DNA of 64,000 nucleotides from positions 81,110,747 to 81,174,746 of the forward strand of contig NC_092385.1 in the NCBI RefSeq assembly GCF_030028105.1. Reading direction: 5' to 3'. The position numbers and the translations under genes are program-made. Positions 51,080 through 62,424 of this stretch are shown in pieces. This stretch comes from Mobula birostris. Taxonomy: Eukaryota. The stretch's first letter is position 1. Every line of letters begins with the position of its first letter. The notes beneath the pieces were generated by a model. The model was not told the DNA's origin. It did not search any database and worked only from the letters and a program-made list of their open reading frames with translations.

Positions 51080-53665
51080 CAAAACAACAGGAATTCTGCA
51101 GATGCTGGAAATTCAAGCAACACACATCAAAGTTGCTGGTGAACGCAGCAGGCCAGGCAGCATCTGTAGGAAGAGGTACAGTCGACATTTCAGGCCGAGA
51201 CCCTTTGTCAGGACTAACTGAAGGAAGAGTGAGTAAGAGATTTGAAAGTTGGAGGGGGAGGGGGAGATCCAAAATGGTAGGAGAAGACAGGAGGGGGAGG
51301 GATAGAGCCCAGAGCTGGACAGTGATAGGCAAAAGGGGATACGAGAGGATCATGGGACAGGAGGTCCGGGAAGAAAGACAAGGGGGGGGGGACCCAGAGG
51401 ATGGGCAAGAGGTATATTCAGAGGGACAGAGGGAGAAAAAGGAGAGTGAGAGAAAGAATGTGTGCATAAAAATAAGTAACAGATGGGGTACAAGGGGGAG
51501 GTGGGGCCTTAGCGGAAGTTAGAGAAGTCGATGTTCATGCCATCAGGTTGGAGGCTACCCAGACGGAATATAAGGTGTTGTTCCTCCAACCTGAGTGTGG
51601 CTTCATCTTTACAGTAGAGGAGGTCGTGGATAGACATGTCAGAATGGGAATGGGATGTGGAATTAAAATGTGTGGCCACTGGGAGATCCTGCTTTCTCTG
51701 GCGGACAGAGCGTAGATGTTCAGCAAAGCGGTCTCCCAGTCTACGTCAGGTCTCGCCAATATATAAAAGGCTACATTGGGAGCACCGGATGCAGTATATC
51801 ATCCCAGCCAACACACAGGTGAAGTGTCGCCTCACCTGGAAGGACTGTTTGGGGCTCTGAATGGTGGTAAGGGAGGAAGTGTAAGGGCATATGTAGCACT
51901 TGTTCTGCTTACAGGGATAAGTGCCAGGAGGGAGAGCAGTGGGGAGGGATGGGAGGGACGAATGGACAAGGGAGTCGCGTAGGGAGCGATCCCTGTGGAA
52001 TGCAGAGAGAGGGGGGGAGGGAAAGATGTGCTTAGTGGTGGGATCCCGTTGGAGGTGGCGGAAGTTACGGAGAATAATATGTTGGACCTGGAGGCTGGTG
52101 GGATGGTAGGTGAGGACCGGGGAACCCTATTCCCAGTGGGGTGGCGGGAGGATGGAGTGAGAGCAGATGTACATGAAATGGGGGAGATGCGTTTAAGAGC
52201 AGAGTTGATAGTGTAGGAAGGGAAGCCCCTTTCTTTAAAAAAGGAAGACGTCTCCCTCGTCCTAGAATGAAAAGCCTCATCCTGAGAGCAGATGCGGCGG
52301 AGACAGAGGAATAGCAAGAAGGGGATGGCGTTTTTGCAAGAGACATGGTGAGAAGAGGAATAGTCCAGATAGCTGTGAGAGTCAGTAGGCTTATAGTGGA
52401 CATCACTGGATAAGCTATCTCCAGAGACAGAGACAGAAAGATCTCGAAAGGGGAGGGAGGTGTTGGAAATGGACCAGGTAAACTTGAGGGCAGGGTGAAA
52501 GTTGGAGGCAAAGTTAATAAAGTCAACGAGCTCTGCATGCGTGCAGGAAGCAGTGCCAATGTAGTCGTCGATGTAGTGAAGGAAAAGTGGGGGACAGATA
52601 CCAGAATAGGCACGGAACATAGATTGTTCCACAAACCCAACAAAAAGGCAGGCATAGCTAGGAACCATACGGGTGCCCATAGCTGCACCTTTAGTTTGGA
52701 GGAAGTGGGAGGAGTCAAAGGAGAAATTATTAAGAGTAAGGACTAATTCCGCTAGACAGAGCAGAGTGGTGGTAGAGGGGAACTGATTAGGAACGCGACT
52801 CCCTTGTCCATTCGTCCCCCCGTCCCTCCCCACTGATCTCCCTCCTGGCACTTATCCGTGTAAGCGGAACAAGTGCTACACATGCCCTTACACTTCCTCC
52901 CTTACCACCATTCAGGGCCCCAAACAGTCCTTCCAGGTGAGGCAACACTTCACCTGTGAGTCGACTGGGGTGATATACTGCGTCCGGTGCTCCCGATGTG
53001 GCCTTTTATATATTGGCGAGACCCGACGCAGACTGGGAGACCGCTTTGCTGAACATCTACGCTCTGTCCGCCAGAGAAAGCAGGATCTCCCAGTGGCCAC
53101 ACATTTTAATTCCACATCCCATTCCCATTCTGACATGTCTATCCACGGCCTCCTCTACTGTAAAGATGAAGCCACACTCAGGTTGGAGAAACAACACCTT
53201 ATATTCCGTCTGGGTAGCCTCCAACCTGATGGCATGAACATCGACTTCTCTAACTTCCACTAAGGCCCCACCTCCCCCTCGTACCCCATCTGTTACTTAT
53301 TTTTATGCACACATTCTTTCTCTCACTCTCCTTTTTCTCCCTCTGTCCCTCTGAATATACCTCTTGCCCATCCTCTGGGTCCGCCCCCCCCCCCCCCCCC
53401 CCGTCTTTCTTCCCGGCCTCCTGTCCCATGATCCTCTCGTATCCTCTTTTGCCTATCACCTGTCCAGCTCTTGGCTCTATCCCTCCCCCTCCTGTCTTCT
53501 CCTATGATTTTGGATCTCCCCCTCCCCCTCCAACTTTCAAATCCCTTACTCACTCTTCCTTCAGTTAGTCCTGACGAAGGGTCTCGGCCTGAAACGTTGA
53601 CTGCACCTCTTCCTACAGATGCTGCCTGGCCTGCTGCGTTCACCAGCAACTTTGATGTGTGTTGC
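51080..53665. mobile_element. Penelope-like element (partial RT plus GIY-YIG endonuclease) with inverted pLTR arms and 13-bp TSD
   Basis: Minus-strand RT LTLNNFSF...QTKGAAMGT...YIDD; GIY-YIG GVIYCVRCSRCGLLYIGETRRRL (52937-53263, plus). Arms 51115-51980 and 52793-53667. TSD ttagtgataataa (51067-51079, 53666-53678). Confidence 0.95.
53567..53602 (+). ncRNA. Minimal hammerhead ribozyme motif (GUU site), FANCD2 sense strand
   Basis: AGTC-CTGACGA-A-GGGT-CTCG-GCCT-GAAA-CG-TT-GACT; core and stem I intact, G.U closing pair in stem II. Confidence 0.65.
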
Positions 53666-53761
53666 TTAGTGATAATAAGCCTGATTCTGACGCTATTATT
53701 GTACATTGTATTTTTGTTAGTTTGTTCAATTTTCCTTAATGAGTGATGTTATTTTCCTAAG

Positions 53762-53902
53762 GGGCAAAGAAGAGCAAAGCCGAAGGTAGAAAACAAATAT
53801 CGTCTGCTGAGGAAGAAGAGGTGGATAATGATAATGTATTTGCACAGTTGCTGAAAGTAGCAGGAGTGATCCTGATATATGGAAACCAACCAAATAAGCT
53901 AA
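53762..53902 (+). CDS. FANCD2: FANCD2 coding exon 2
   Basis: AKKSKAEGRKQISSAEEEEVDNDNVFAQLLKVAGVILIYGNQPNKL; AG/GT; 141 nt. Confidence 0.92.
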
Positions 53903-55043
53903 GTACGTTGTTCAAAAAACTATTATACTATTTTCATTTTTTGAATAAATATTTTCAAAGTTCTTTTGTAGGCAGTAAGTTTATTGATAAGAAAGCAAAT
54001 TGCTGGAAGAACTCAGTGGGATGGGTAGCATCTGTAGAGGGAAATGGGCAGTTGACATTTTGGATCACCTGTTTGGTTTTTCACTCTAGATTCCAGCATC
54101 TACAATTTCTTGTGCCTCCTATGATTATCACGTGGAAGGATTGAACGTCATGTCCTCTGTAAATTAATTGGTTGATAACAGTTAAAATTTTATAATGTCT
54201 AATTTTAGTTGATGACATTTTCAAAATGTCTTTGGAAAGTTCAACAGGTCCAGTGCATTGGATGTGAGAGTTCTGCATTTGTTCTTCTATTTTGATGAAA
54301 AAGCAACTGCATTAGTCTGATGGAAGTTTCCATCTTAACCTTTTGCCCTTCTCATCTGGAGACTGCTTAATTTATCTTTGTATCTTTGGCATCTAACAGT
54401 TATTTGGGCCATTGTAGCCCAAGTATTTCCAGCCTTACTGAATATTTTTTCAACCATGCTTCCAACTAGATTCCTTCTATGGTGATTCTAGATAATCCAG
54501 TTCTTCAATTTTTTACATTTGCCTTTAAATCGGACATGACCTGAGCAATGAACAACCTTTGTCAGAGGGCATTACCAAGATGTCACCAGAGTTTAACTTT
54601 AATTAACTGGTGTATTTGTAAAGTTGATACTGTTCTTTTTGCAACAGATTAAAGGTGCCCTAATTCAAGTTCTGAGACAACAAGAGATTTATTAATCTTT
54701 CTACTTATCTGTTTGATACAACATGGTAACAGGCCCTTCCGGCCCAACAAGCTCACGCTGCCCAGTTTAAATATTCAAAGTAACTGGATACACACAAGAG
54801 TTGTGATTTTTCATTCAGTATTTTGCCCCCAAGACCAAAATGTGTTGTGATGTATTAAGTTATTTCATCATTGAATTTATTTAAACTAAAATTAGGCTTT
54901 CAATAGATAGGTAAATAGATAACTGAATAACAACTGAACAGAAGGCCTTTGAGATCCCAGAACATTTAGGAATCTGCCATTTTCTGTGTCTGTTTAAGTT
55001 ATCTACTATTAAGTTTAACTTGTTTTAATATTTATTTTTGTAG

Positions 55044-55111
55044 CTTTAGACCAAGCAGTTTTTCAAAAGAAGCTTTACCAAGCTTTGAGGAAACACGCAC
55101 GCTATCCTAAT
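55044..55111 (+). CDS. FANCD2: FANCD2 coding exon 3
   Basis: LDQAVFQKKLYQALRKHARYPN; AG/GT; 68 nt. Confidence 0.94.
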
Positions 55112-55139
55112 GTAAGTAGTAACATTAGTGCAATCACTC

Positions 55140-55735
55140 AGATCGAGTATGATGTTCTCCTAAGGGACTATCTATTGCTGGATCCTCAGGTGGTTGTAGA
55201 AGCCAATCTGGAATATACATATTGTGCAGTGTGGACAGGATGGCTGTGGTTGGCAGTTGGGTCTGTTGGTTGTTCAGTTTCTCCTTTTGCAGCTGCCACT
55301 TATTCTCTGTGGCACAGCAGAGGTCATTCTCATATAGCACAGCTCTCCCTTGAACAGGTTTCCTCCAGGCGTGTCTATTGAGCACATTGTCTTCACAGTG
55401 TCTAGATGTAATGTTGAATTTCTTCAGGCTGATTTTGACAATATCTTTGAAGCATTTCCTTTGCCCACCAGGGGCTCACTAACCTTGTTTGAACTAGGAG
55501 TAAAGGATCTTTTTAGGGAGAAATGTTAGGCATCCAGATGACATGACCTATCCACCGGAGTTGGTGTTGCTTTGTTGTGGTGGCAATGCTGTTTGTGTTG
55601 GCTTCCTCCAGGACACTTGCGTTAGTGTGTCTGTCCTTCCAGCTGATCCTTAAAATCGTTTGTAAGGATTTTTGGTTGTTTTATTCCAGGACTTCCACCT
55701 GTAAGTGGTCCATGATTCAGCTCTATACTGAATGT
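55140..55735 (-). mobile_element. RTE-clade LINE 3' fragment
   Basis: Minus-strand HQLRWIGHVIWM and downstream degenerate RTE ORF2 C-terminal sequence. Confidence 0.7.
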
Positions 55736-56301
55736 CAGAATCTCTCATTAGTGTAGTTACAGTATATTACTTTGTATCTTAGCTGGTATTTGCTAAGACC
55801 TGTTAGTAATAGCAGTTGGTCAATGATACATATTGGAACTATACTTTCACTACAATTCATATTTAAAATGACAATTTGGCTTTTTGATAATGCTTCATTT
55901 GAAGAAGCACAAGGACACACTTGTTTCTGAACACGCCAGAAGTAAAAGTTCCTGGTCTTATTTGATCCCGGCAAAGGAATCACTAGAGTTGCCCTTAAAC
56001 ATCCTGGCACTGGCAAGAAGCATCAGCCAAGGTGAATGCTACACTTCGATATTCAGTGATTTTGGTTAAATGTGTGAATGTTGTTACCATCTGAAGTAAG
56101 GGGGTTTTACTTCAGTAAGTAATCAAGAAATTGGGAAAGAAATTGTATGAAAAGAAATCTTTCACCTGCTCTTGTGCATTTTTGTGCAGTAACTTCAAAC
56201 GGTGTGCTTGCACATTTTGAAACTCTGCTAGCCTCTTTGGTTACAGAAATATTAAATGGTATTTAAAAAAAAAGAAGTAATGTACTCTATTCTATTTGTA
56301 G

Positions 56302-56405
56302 ATTGTGCAGGAATTTATAACTGGCATGGAGTCATACATCGAGAACAGGGATAAGTTCAGGAATTGCCTTTTACCTTGTGGGCAATCTCAAGAGGAAGAA
56401 TCCAG
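56302..56405 (+). CDS. FANCD2: FANCD2 coding exon 4
   Basis: IVQEFITGMESYIENRDKFRNCLLPCGQSQEEES; AG/GT; 104 nt. Confidence 0.95.
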
Positions 56406-56465
56406 GTATAATTGTGTTAATGAGATAACATTATTATTAGTGCTGGGCTGCCGGAAGATACTTCA

Positions 56466-57049
56466 TGAGGGGTGATTGATAAGTTTGTGGCCTAAGGTAG
56501 AAAGAGTCAATTTTAGAAAACCTAGCACATTTATTTTTCCTACATTTACACACACAGTCCAGCAGACATGGAGCATACGGATCCTCGGTGTCTTGGACCT
56601 CCAGAAGTGGTCCATAGCAGGGGTGATTGATAAATTTGTGGCCTAGAGTAGAAGGAGATGAGTTATTAACTTCAAACTTTCTGCATTTTCACTCAAAGAG
56701 TTGAACTGCACGTGCATGTAACTCGAGCGGTATAACTCATCTCCTTTTATCTTAGGCCACAAACTTATCAATCACCCCCGCTGTGGACCACCTGGAGGTC
56801 CACGACGCTCTCGTTACATGCACGTGCAGTCCAACTCTTTGAGTGATAATGCAGGAAGTTTGAAGTTAATAACTCATCTCCTTCTACCTTAGGCCACAAA
56901 CTTATCAATCACCCCTGCTGTGGCCCACTTCTACAAAGAAGGGATCCGTATGCTCCACGACCGCTGGACTAAGTGTCTACATGTAGGAAGGAGCTATGTT
57001 GAAAAATAAATGTGCTAGGTTAGGCCACGAACTTATCAATCACCCCTTG
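56466..57049. mobile_element. Palindromic mariner-derived non-autonomous element
   Basis: TIR GAGGGGTGATTGATAAG, TA at the right end. FYKEGIRMLHDRWTKCLHVGRSYVEK* (56929-57009) is a mariner transposase C-terminus. Nearly full-length inverted symmetry. Confidence 0.88.
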
Positions 57050-57333
57050 TACTGTGTGAAGCTATTTATATGGCACCCTAATTTTTGCCATTTTCATTTT
57101 TTTTTCCAGAAAATATTAAACCTTGTTCATTGGCATCTCACCCAACCTTTTATTGTAATAATACAAATCTAGGCAGAATCTGTGGCCGTTGATTCTGTTT
57201 AGTAGCAAAAGGTTTACTGATTGATGGTTGGTGGTTTTTCCTGACTCTAAACCAGAAGTGTGAATGCAATTTAGAATTCCACATCCTACCTATAAAAGCT
57301 GTATAATTGTGTACATTCTTTTGTTTGTTGTAG

Positions 57334-57394
57334 TAACACCGTAAATTATCAGGAAAGTCTCATAAAGCTGCTTCTTGGGATTGAGATTCTGCAG
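57334..57394 (+). CDS. FANCD2: FANCD2 coding exon 5
   Basis: NTVNYQESLIKLLLGIEILQ; AG/GT; 61 nt. Confidence 0.95.
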
Positions 57395-57482
57395 GTAAAC
57401 AATTGCAGTAGTTATAGTTGGCATGCCAAATTACACATGTATAGTTTACTCAAGATGCTGTTATTTTCCTTTTTCTTCATAG

Positions 57483-57535
57483 CCTCCTATTATGAATATG
57501 TTATTTGAAAAAATTCCCGAATTTATGTATGATGG
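57483..57535 (+). CDS. FANCD2: FANCD2 coding exon 6
   Basis: PPIMNMLFEKIPEFMYD; AG/GT; 53 nt. Confidence 0.95.
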
Positions 57536-58723
57536 GTAAGACCTGTTTTTATTCATCATTGCAGTTAAGTAGTCTATACCTCAGTTATGGTGGGGGCATT
57601 GGCACTAATTTCTTTTCTTTATTAGAAATGGCATTTTTTTTTTAAAAAAGACAATAAAAAATTACTATTGAAATTTACTTTGCACACCACTTTGGGAAAC
57701 TCCAGGTGCAGGGATAGTAATCAACATGTGATGTTTATTTTTGTAAATATTTATAATAGAAGTAGGAGAATAGCCAACACTGAATAAGTCTTTCTGTTAT
57801 TACTCTATGAAGTATAACCACTTGACACTTTCAGAATTCATATTATTTTAGATTAGTGAATAATAACATTTACTCATACTAGGTAGGTCAACCATTGATT
57901 AACTATCAGACCTTATTGAATGTCATTTTCATTCTATCTCCTAAAGTAGTCATAGAAACAGCTCTCCTGACAGGAGAAAGGGCAATGGTGGGTTACTGGC
58001 ACCTTAAAACCAGTCACTCTGCCCAGATGGGGCTCATCAGCTATGGTTGGCAGCTCGTGTAGGAGAAGGAAAACTCTGATCTCAAACCTCACTCACTCCC
58101 TTACGGCTATACCTGCTGATGGGGAAGGCTTTGGGAATAAACCCCGAGGAAAAATTTGGAGCTAGAGTCCCTAAGACAGTCCTGCATTGAGTTTAACACT
58201 GACTGCCAATTCCTACGATGCCACCAAACTGTGTCAGGCTATACCGTTTCTTTGGATTCATCAGCTGCTTGGAGAGGGGGAGCCTGCTGCATGGGCAACA
58301 GCTTGCTCTCTATATCATACCACTGTGACCATAAGACAAAGGAGCAGAAGTCAGCCATTCGGCTCATTGAGTCTGCTCCACCATTTTATCATGAGCTGAT
58401 CCATTCTCCCATTTAGTTGCACTCCACCGCCTTCTCACCATAACCTTTGATGCCCTGGCTACTCAGATACCTCTCAATCTCTGCCTTAAATACACCCAAT
58501 GACTTGGCCTCCACTGCCGCCCGAGGCAACAAATTCCATAGATTGACCATTCTCTGGCTAAACCACCCATAGATTCACCACCCTCTGTGGCTTGCATATA
58601 TGTAATAACTAAGATGCAATCATGATCAATGCTGACCTATGGAGGGCCTCCAGACATGTAAAATAAAATCTTTTAGTATTTTGATATTACAAAATCCCTT
58701 TATGCATTTTTCTTCAATTCTAG

Positions 58724-58802
58724 TGTACCAGAAGATGGGATTAACATGCCAAGGCTTATCATCAATCAGTTTAAATGGCTGGACAGGATTATAGATAGTA
58801 AG
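58724..58802 (+). CDS. FANCD2: FANCD2 coding exon 7
   Basis: VPEDGINMPRLIINQFKWLDRIIDSK; AG/GT; 79 nt. Confidence 0.95.
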
Positions 58803-59155
58803 GTAGGAATGTTGTTTTTCCATTTGGGTGTAAGTAAGTATTTTTTGAATGGAAGATCATGTTTATTCGCTTAATAAAAGAGAAATAAGAATGCTTTGTA
58901 GGTAATGGCTTTTAAGGAAGAATTTGGAATAATTTTTCAAAATTATACTACTTCTACTCCTTCCCTCTTTGTTATAATTACCCTCTTCCTAGACTGGCTA
59001 CTTTTGGGGAAAGCTTTAGCTATTAATTAATCTTGAACATTTACCTGTTCATGTTGTAACAGCAGACTGTATATGGCACTTGAGTACTGAGCTATGTGCA
59101 ATGTTGTAATCATTGCTTCTTTGGCTAGCTTGTTTTTTTTTTTTTTTTTTAACAG

Positions 59156-59280
59156 GAATTGACCAGTAAAGTCATGCAGCTGATTAATGTTGCACCCCTT
59201 GAAATCCAACGTGACATCATCACCAGCCTGCCAGAAATCCTTGAAGATGCTCAACATAATGAAGTTGCCAAGGAACTGAA
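59156..59280 (+). CDS. FANCD2: FANCD2 coding exon 8; gene continues beyond the window
   Basis: [41 protein letters not shown]; AG/GT; 125 nt. Confidence 0.95.
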
Positions 59281-60476
59281 GTAACCTAAATCTGATGCAT
59301 ATTCTTTTACATTTAACTTGGCGATTATGTTGGCTAGTACTTTTTATATTGTTGCAGAACTGAACCATAGATCACTGTTAAAACAGCCATACCAATTAAA
59401 ACAAAGTTGGATACTGGAATTTCACAAGAGGCAACTCAGTGGTATAACCAGTATAGCCAGAGCCCCCTGTTCAGTCCTGACCATGGCTGCCGCCTGTGAG
59501 AAGTTTGCCCATTTTCCCTGTGGCTATATGGATTTCCTGCTGGTGCTTTGATTTACTCCTACGTCGCAGTGATGCGCGGTTTGGTAGGTTAATTGTCTGT
59601 TGTAAGTTGCCCCAAGTGTGTAGATGAGTGGTTTAAGATGGTACTGTTGAAGGCAGGCGACAACTTACTGGTGATTCCCAAGCAAGAAATACAACTAAGT
59701 ACTTTACTAATAACACTTCTTTCTGTGAAAAATTATGGTAAATGATCACCATAAACAATGAAGAGGCGTGCACACGTGAGGGTCGCAGTGTGTGGGTGCG
59801 AGACGGAGTCGGAGAGAGGTCGAGTCATGTTCAGGGAGGAGTAGGAGCAATGCTTGGGATGGAGTTGGGGCGAGCTAAGCGGAGAAAATTCAGAGCAGAG
59901 GAATGGGGAGCAAGGTTTAATTGATCTAAGTGCTGGGCTGATTTGAAAAGATTGGGTACATGGTGGCGGGATCCAGGCCCAGAGCATTTTGAAATGACAA
60001 AATGCAGGTCCTAGAGTGTGGAATGACCCAATCTTTGGATGATTTAAGCGCCGGGCCAGATGGATTGAAAGGGCTGGGTTTTGGGACCAGAGGCGACGTT
60101 TTGCTCTGCTTTGTGTTGAACTGAGGCTGAGGCTGGGGGCCTACTCCAGGCTTTATGTCTGAGGACTCACTTTCATTCTAAGTGCTATAAGACCATAAGA
60201 TATAGGAACATAATTAGACCATTTGGCCCATCAAGTCCGCTCCGCCATTGCATCATGGCTGATCCAATTTTCCTGTCAGCCCCAATCTGCTGGTTTCTCC
60301 CCTTATCCCTTCATAAGATAAGAGAAAACTTTATTTATCCCAAAGGAAATTATTGTTGCAAGGTTGCTCAGTCAGAAATATATACTTTAAAATACAAAAT
60401 TCAAGCAAAACAATACAAAATATGCATTAAAAGCTAATAATGCGAAACAGAGATGTGCAATGAAACCTTATAGTTA

Positions 60477-60995
60477 CAGGTTTCCCGGCCATCCGAAGGT
60501 AGAGCGTTCGTATGAAACGGTTTGTAAGCCGGAATGTGGTGAAGTGAAGAAGCAATTACCATTTATTTATATGGGAAAAATTTGTGAGCGTTCGCAAACC
60601 CAAAAATAACCTACCAAATCATGCCAAATAACACATAAAACCTAAAATAACAGTAACATACAGTAAAACCAGGAATGATATGATAAATACACAGCCTATA
60701 TAAAGTAGAAATAATGTATGTACAGTGTAGTATCACTTACGGGAATCTGGAAGACAGCACTGAGCACACTGATGATGGTGTGTTAGGCTGAGTTGTCGGA
60801 GGTTGAGGTGGTGCAGTGGTCCCTACCTCCAGGCAGTGAACCAATACCGATCCGCGGAGAATGCAGCGGTAGCCGGGACGCACCCAGTACATCTTTAAGA
60901 AAAAAGCCATAATAAACAAGCTAATTAATTAGGTGCTGCCCGGCATGTAAATACTGGCCCAGATCAGAGGCAACACAATTGGCAATCGCCTCTGA
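60477..60995. mobile_element. Probable pogo/Tigger-like non-autonomous element; right end not identified
   Basis: TA|CAGGTTTCCCGGCCATCCGAAGG start resembles Tigger TIRs. Confidence 0.45.
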
Positions 60996-61175
60996 ATCCA
61001 CCTGAATCTCTGTGAGCTTGCTCCCAAGTGAAGCAAGCTGTATCTATTAAAAGAACTGGAGAAAACAAAGAACGTGATTCTCACAGTGCTGTCTGGCTCA
61101 TCCATTGAAGCAGGAAGATAATGGCTTACTCAACTCCAATATGTGGTTGGTATGCTAACTGCAGGGGGTTCATGT

Positions 61176-62406
61176 CCTAACTAATCAAGAATCTATCAAC
61201 CTCTGCCGTAAATATACATAAAAACTTGGCTTCCACAGCTGCCTGTAGCAGAGACTTCCACAGATTCACCACACTCTGGAAAAGGAAATTCCTCTGCATC
61301 TCTATTCTAAAAGGACACCCCTCTATTCTGAGGCTGTGTTCTCTGGTCTTATACTCTCCCACCATAGGAAACATCCTTTCCGCATGCACTCTATCAAGGC
61401 CTCTCACTGTTCAGTAGGTTTCAATGAGGTCACCTGTCATTATTCTAAATTTTAGATTTAGATTATGAGGACACTCAGTCCTCGTTCATTGTCATTTAGA
61501 AATGCATGCATTAAGAAATGATACGATGTTCCTCCAGAGTGATATCACAAAAAAAAAGGACAAACCAAAGACTAACACTGACAAGACCACATAATTATAA
61601 CATACAGTTACAGCAGTGCAAAGCAATACCATAATTTGATAAAGAGCAGACCATGGGCACAGTAAAAGAAAGTCCCAAAGTTCCAATCAACTCTCGATAG
61701 CAGGCAGCAAAAGGGAGAAACTCTCCCTGCCATAAACCTCCAGGCGCCGACAACTGCCGATGCATTGGAAGCACCTGACCACAGCCGACTCTGAGTCCGT
61801 CTGAAAACTTCGAGCTCCGACCAGCCCCTCCGATACAGCCTCCCGAGCAGCATTCTCTGCCAAGTGCTTCAACCCCACCCCGGCCGCTGAACAATAAGCA
61901 AAGCCGAGGACTCGGGGCCTTCTCCTCTGGAGATTCTGGATCACACAGTAGCAGCGGCAGCGAAGAAGGCATTTCAGAAGTTTCTCCAGATGTTCCTCCG
62001 TGCTCTCACATCTGTCTCCATCAAATCAGGATTGTGCACGGCACCCTACTTGACAGATAACAGATATCATTTCACCGGAGTGGCCGCTGCATGCTGCGTC
62101 GCACCATCTTCTCCTCCTGCGTGTGAATTCCAGAGAATACAGGCCCAGAGCCATCAAATGCTCTTCATATGACAAGTTATTCATCCTGGTATAATTTTCA
62201 CAAACCTACTTTGAGCCTTCTCCAGTTTTAGCACATCCTTCCAAGATGATGGGCTCAAAACTGGTCACAATACTCCAAGTGAGGCCTCACTAGTGCTTTA
62301 TAAAGTTTCAACATTACATCCTTGCTTTTATATTCTAGTCCTCTTGAGAAGAATGCTAACATTGCATTTTCCTTCCTCACCACACTCAATCTGCAAATTA
62401 ATCTTC
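61176..62406 (-). mobile_element. CR1 3' fragment interrupted at ~61450-62121 by a ~670-bp non-autonomous element
   Basis: GLDRVHAERMFPMVGE.KTREHSLR on the minus strand. The insert has a (AATCTA)n-type tail and the CR1 resumes at gaattccagag. Confidence 0.75.
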
Positions 62407-62424
62407 AGAATCAGGTTTATTATC

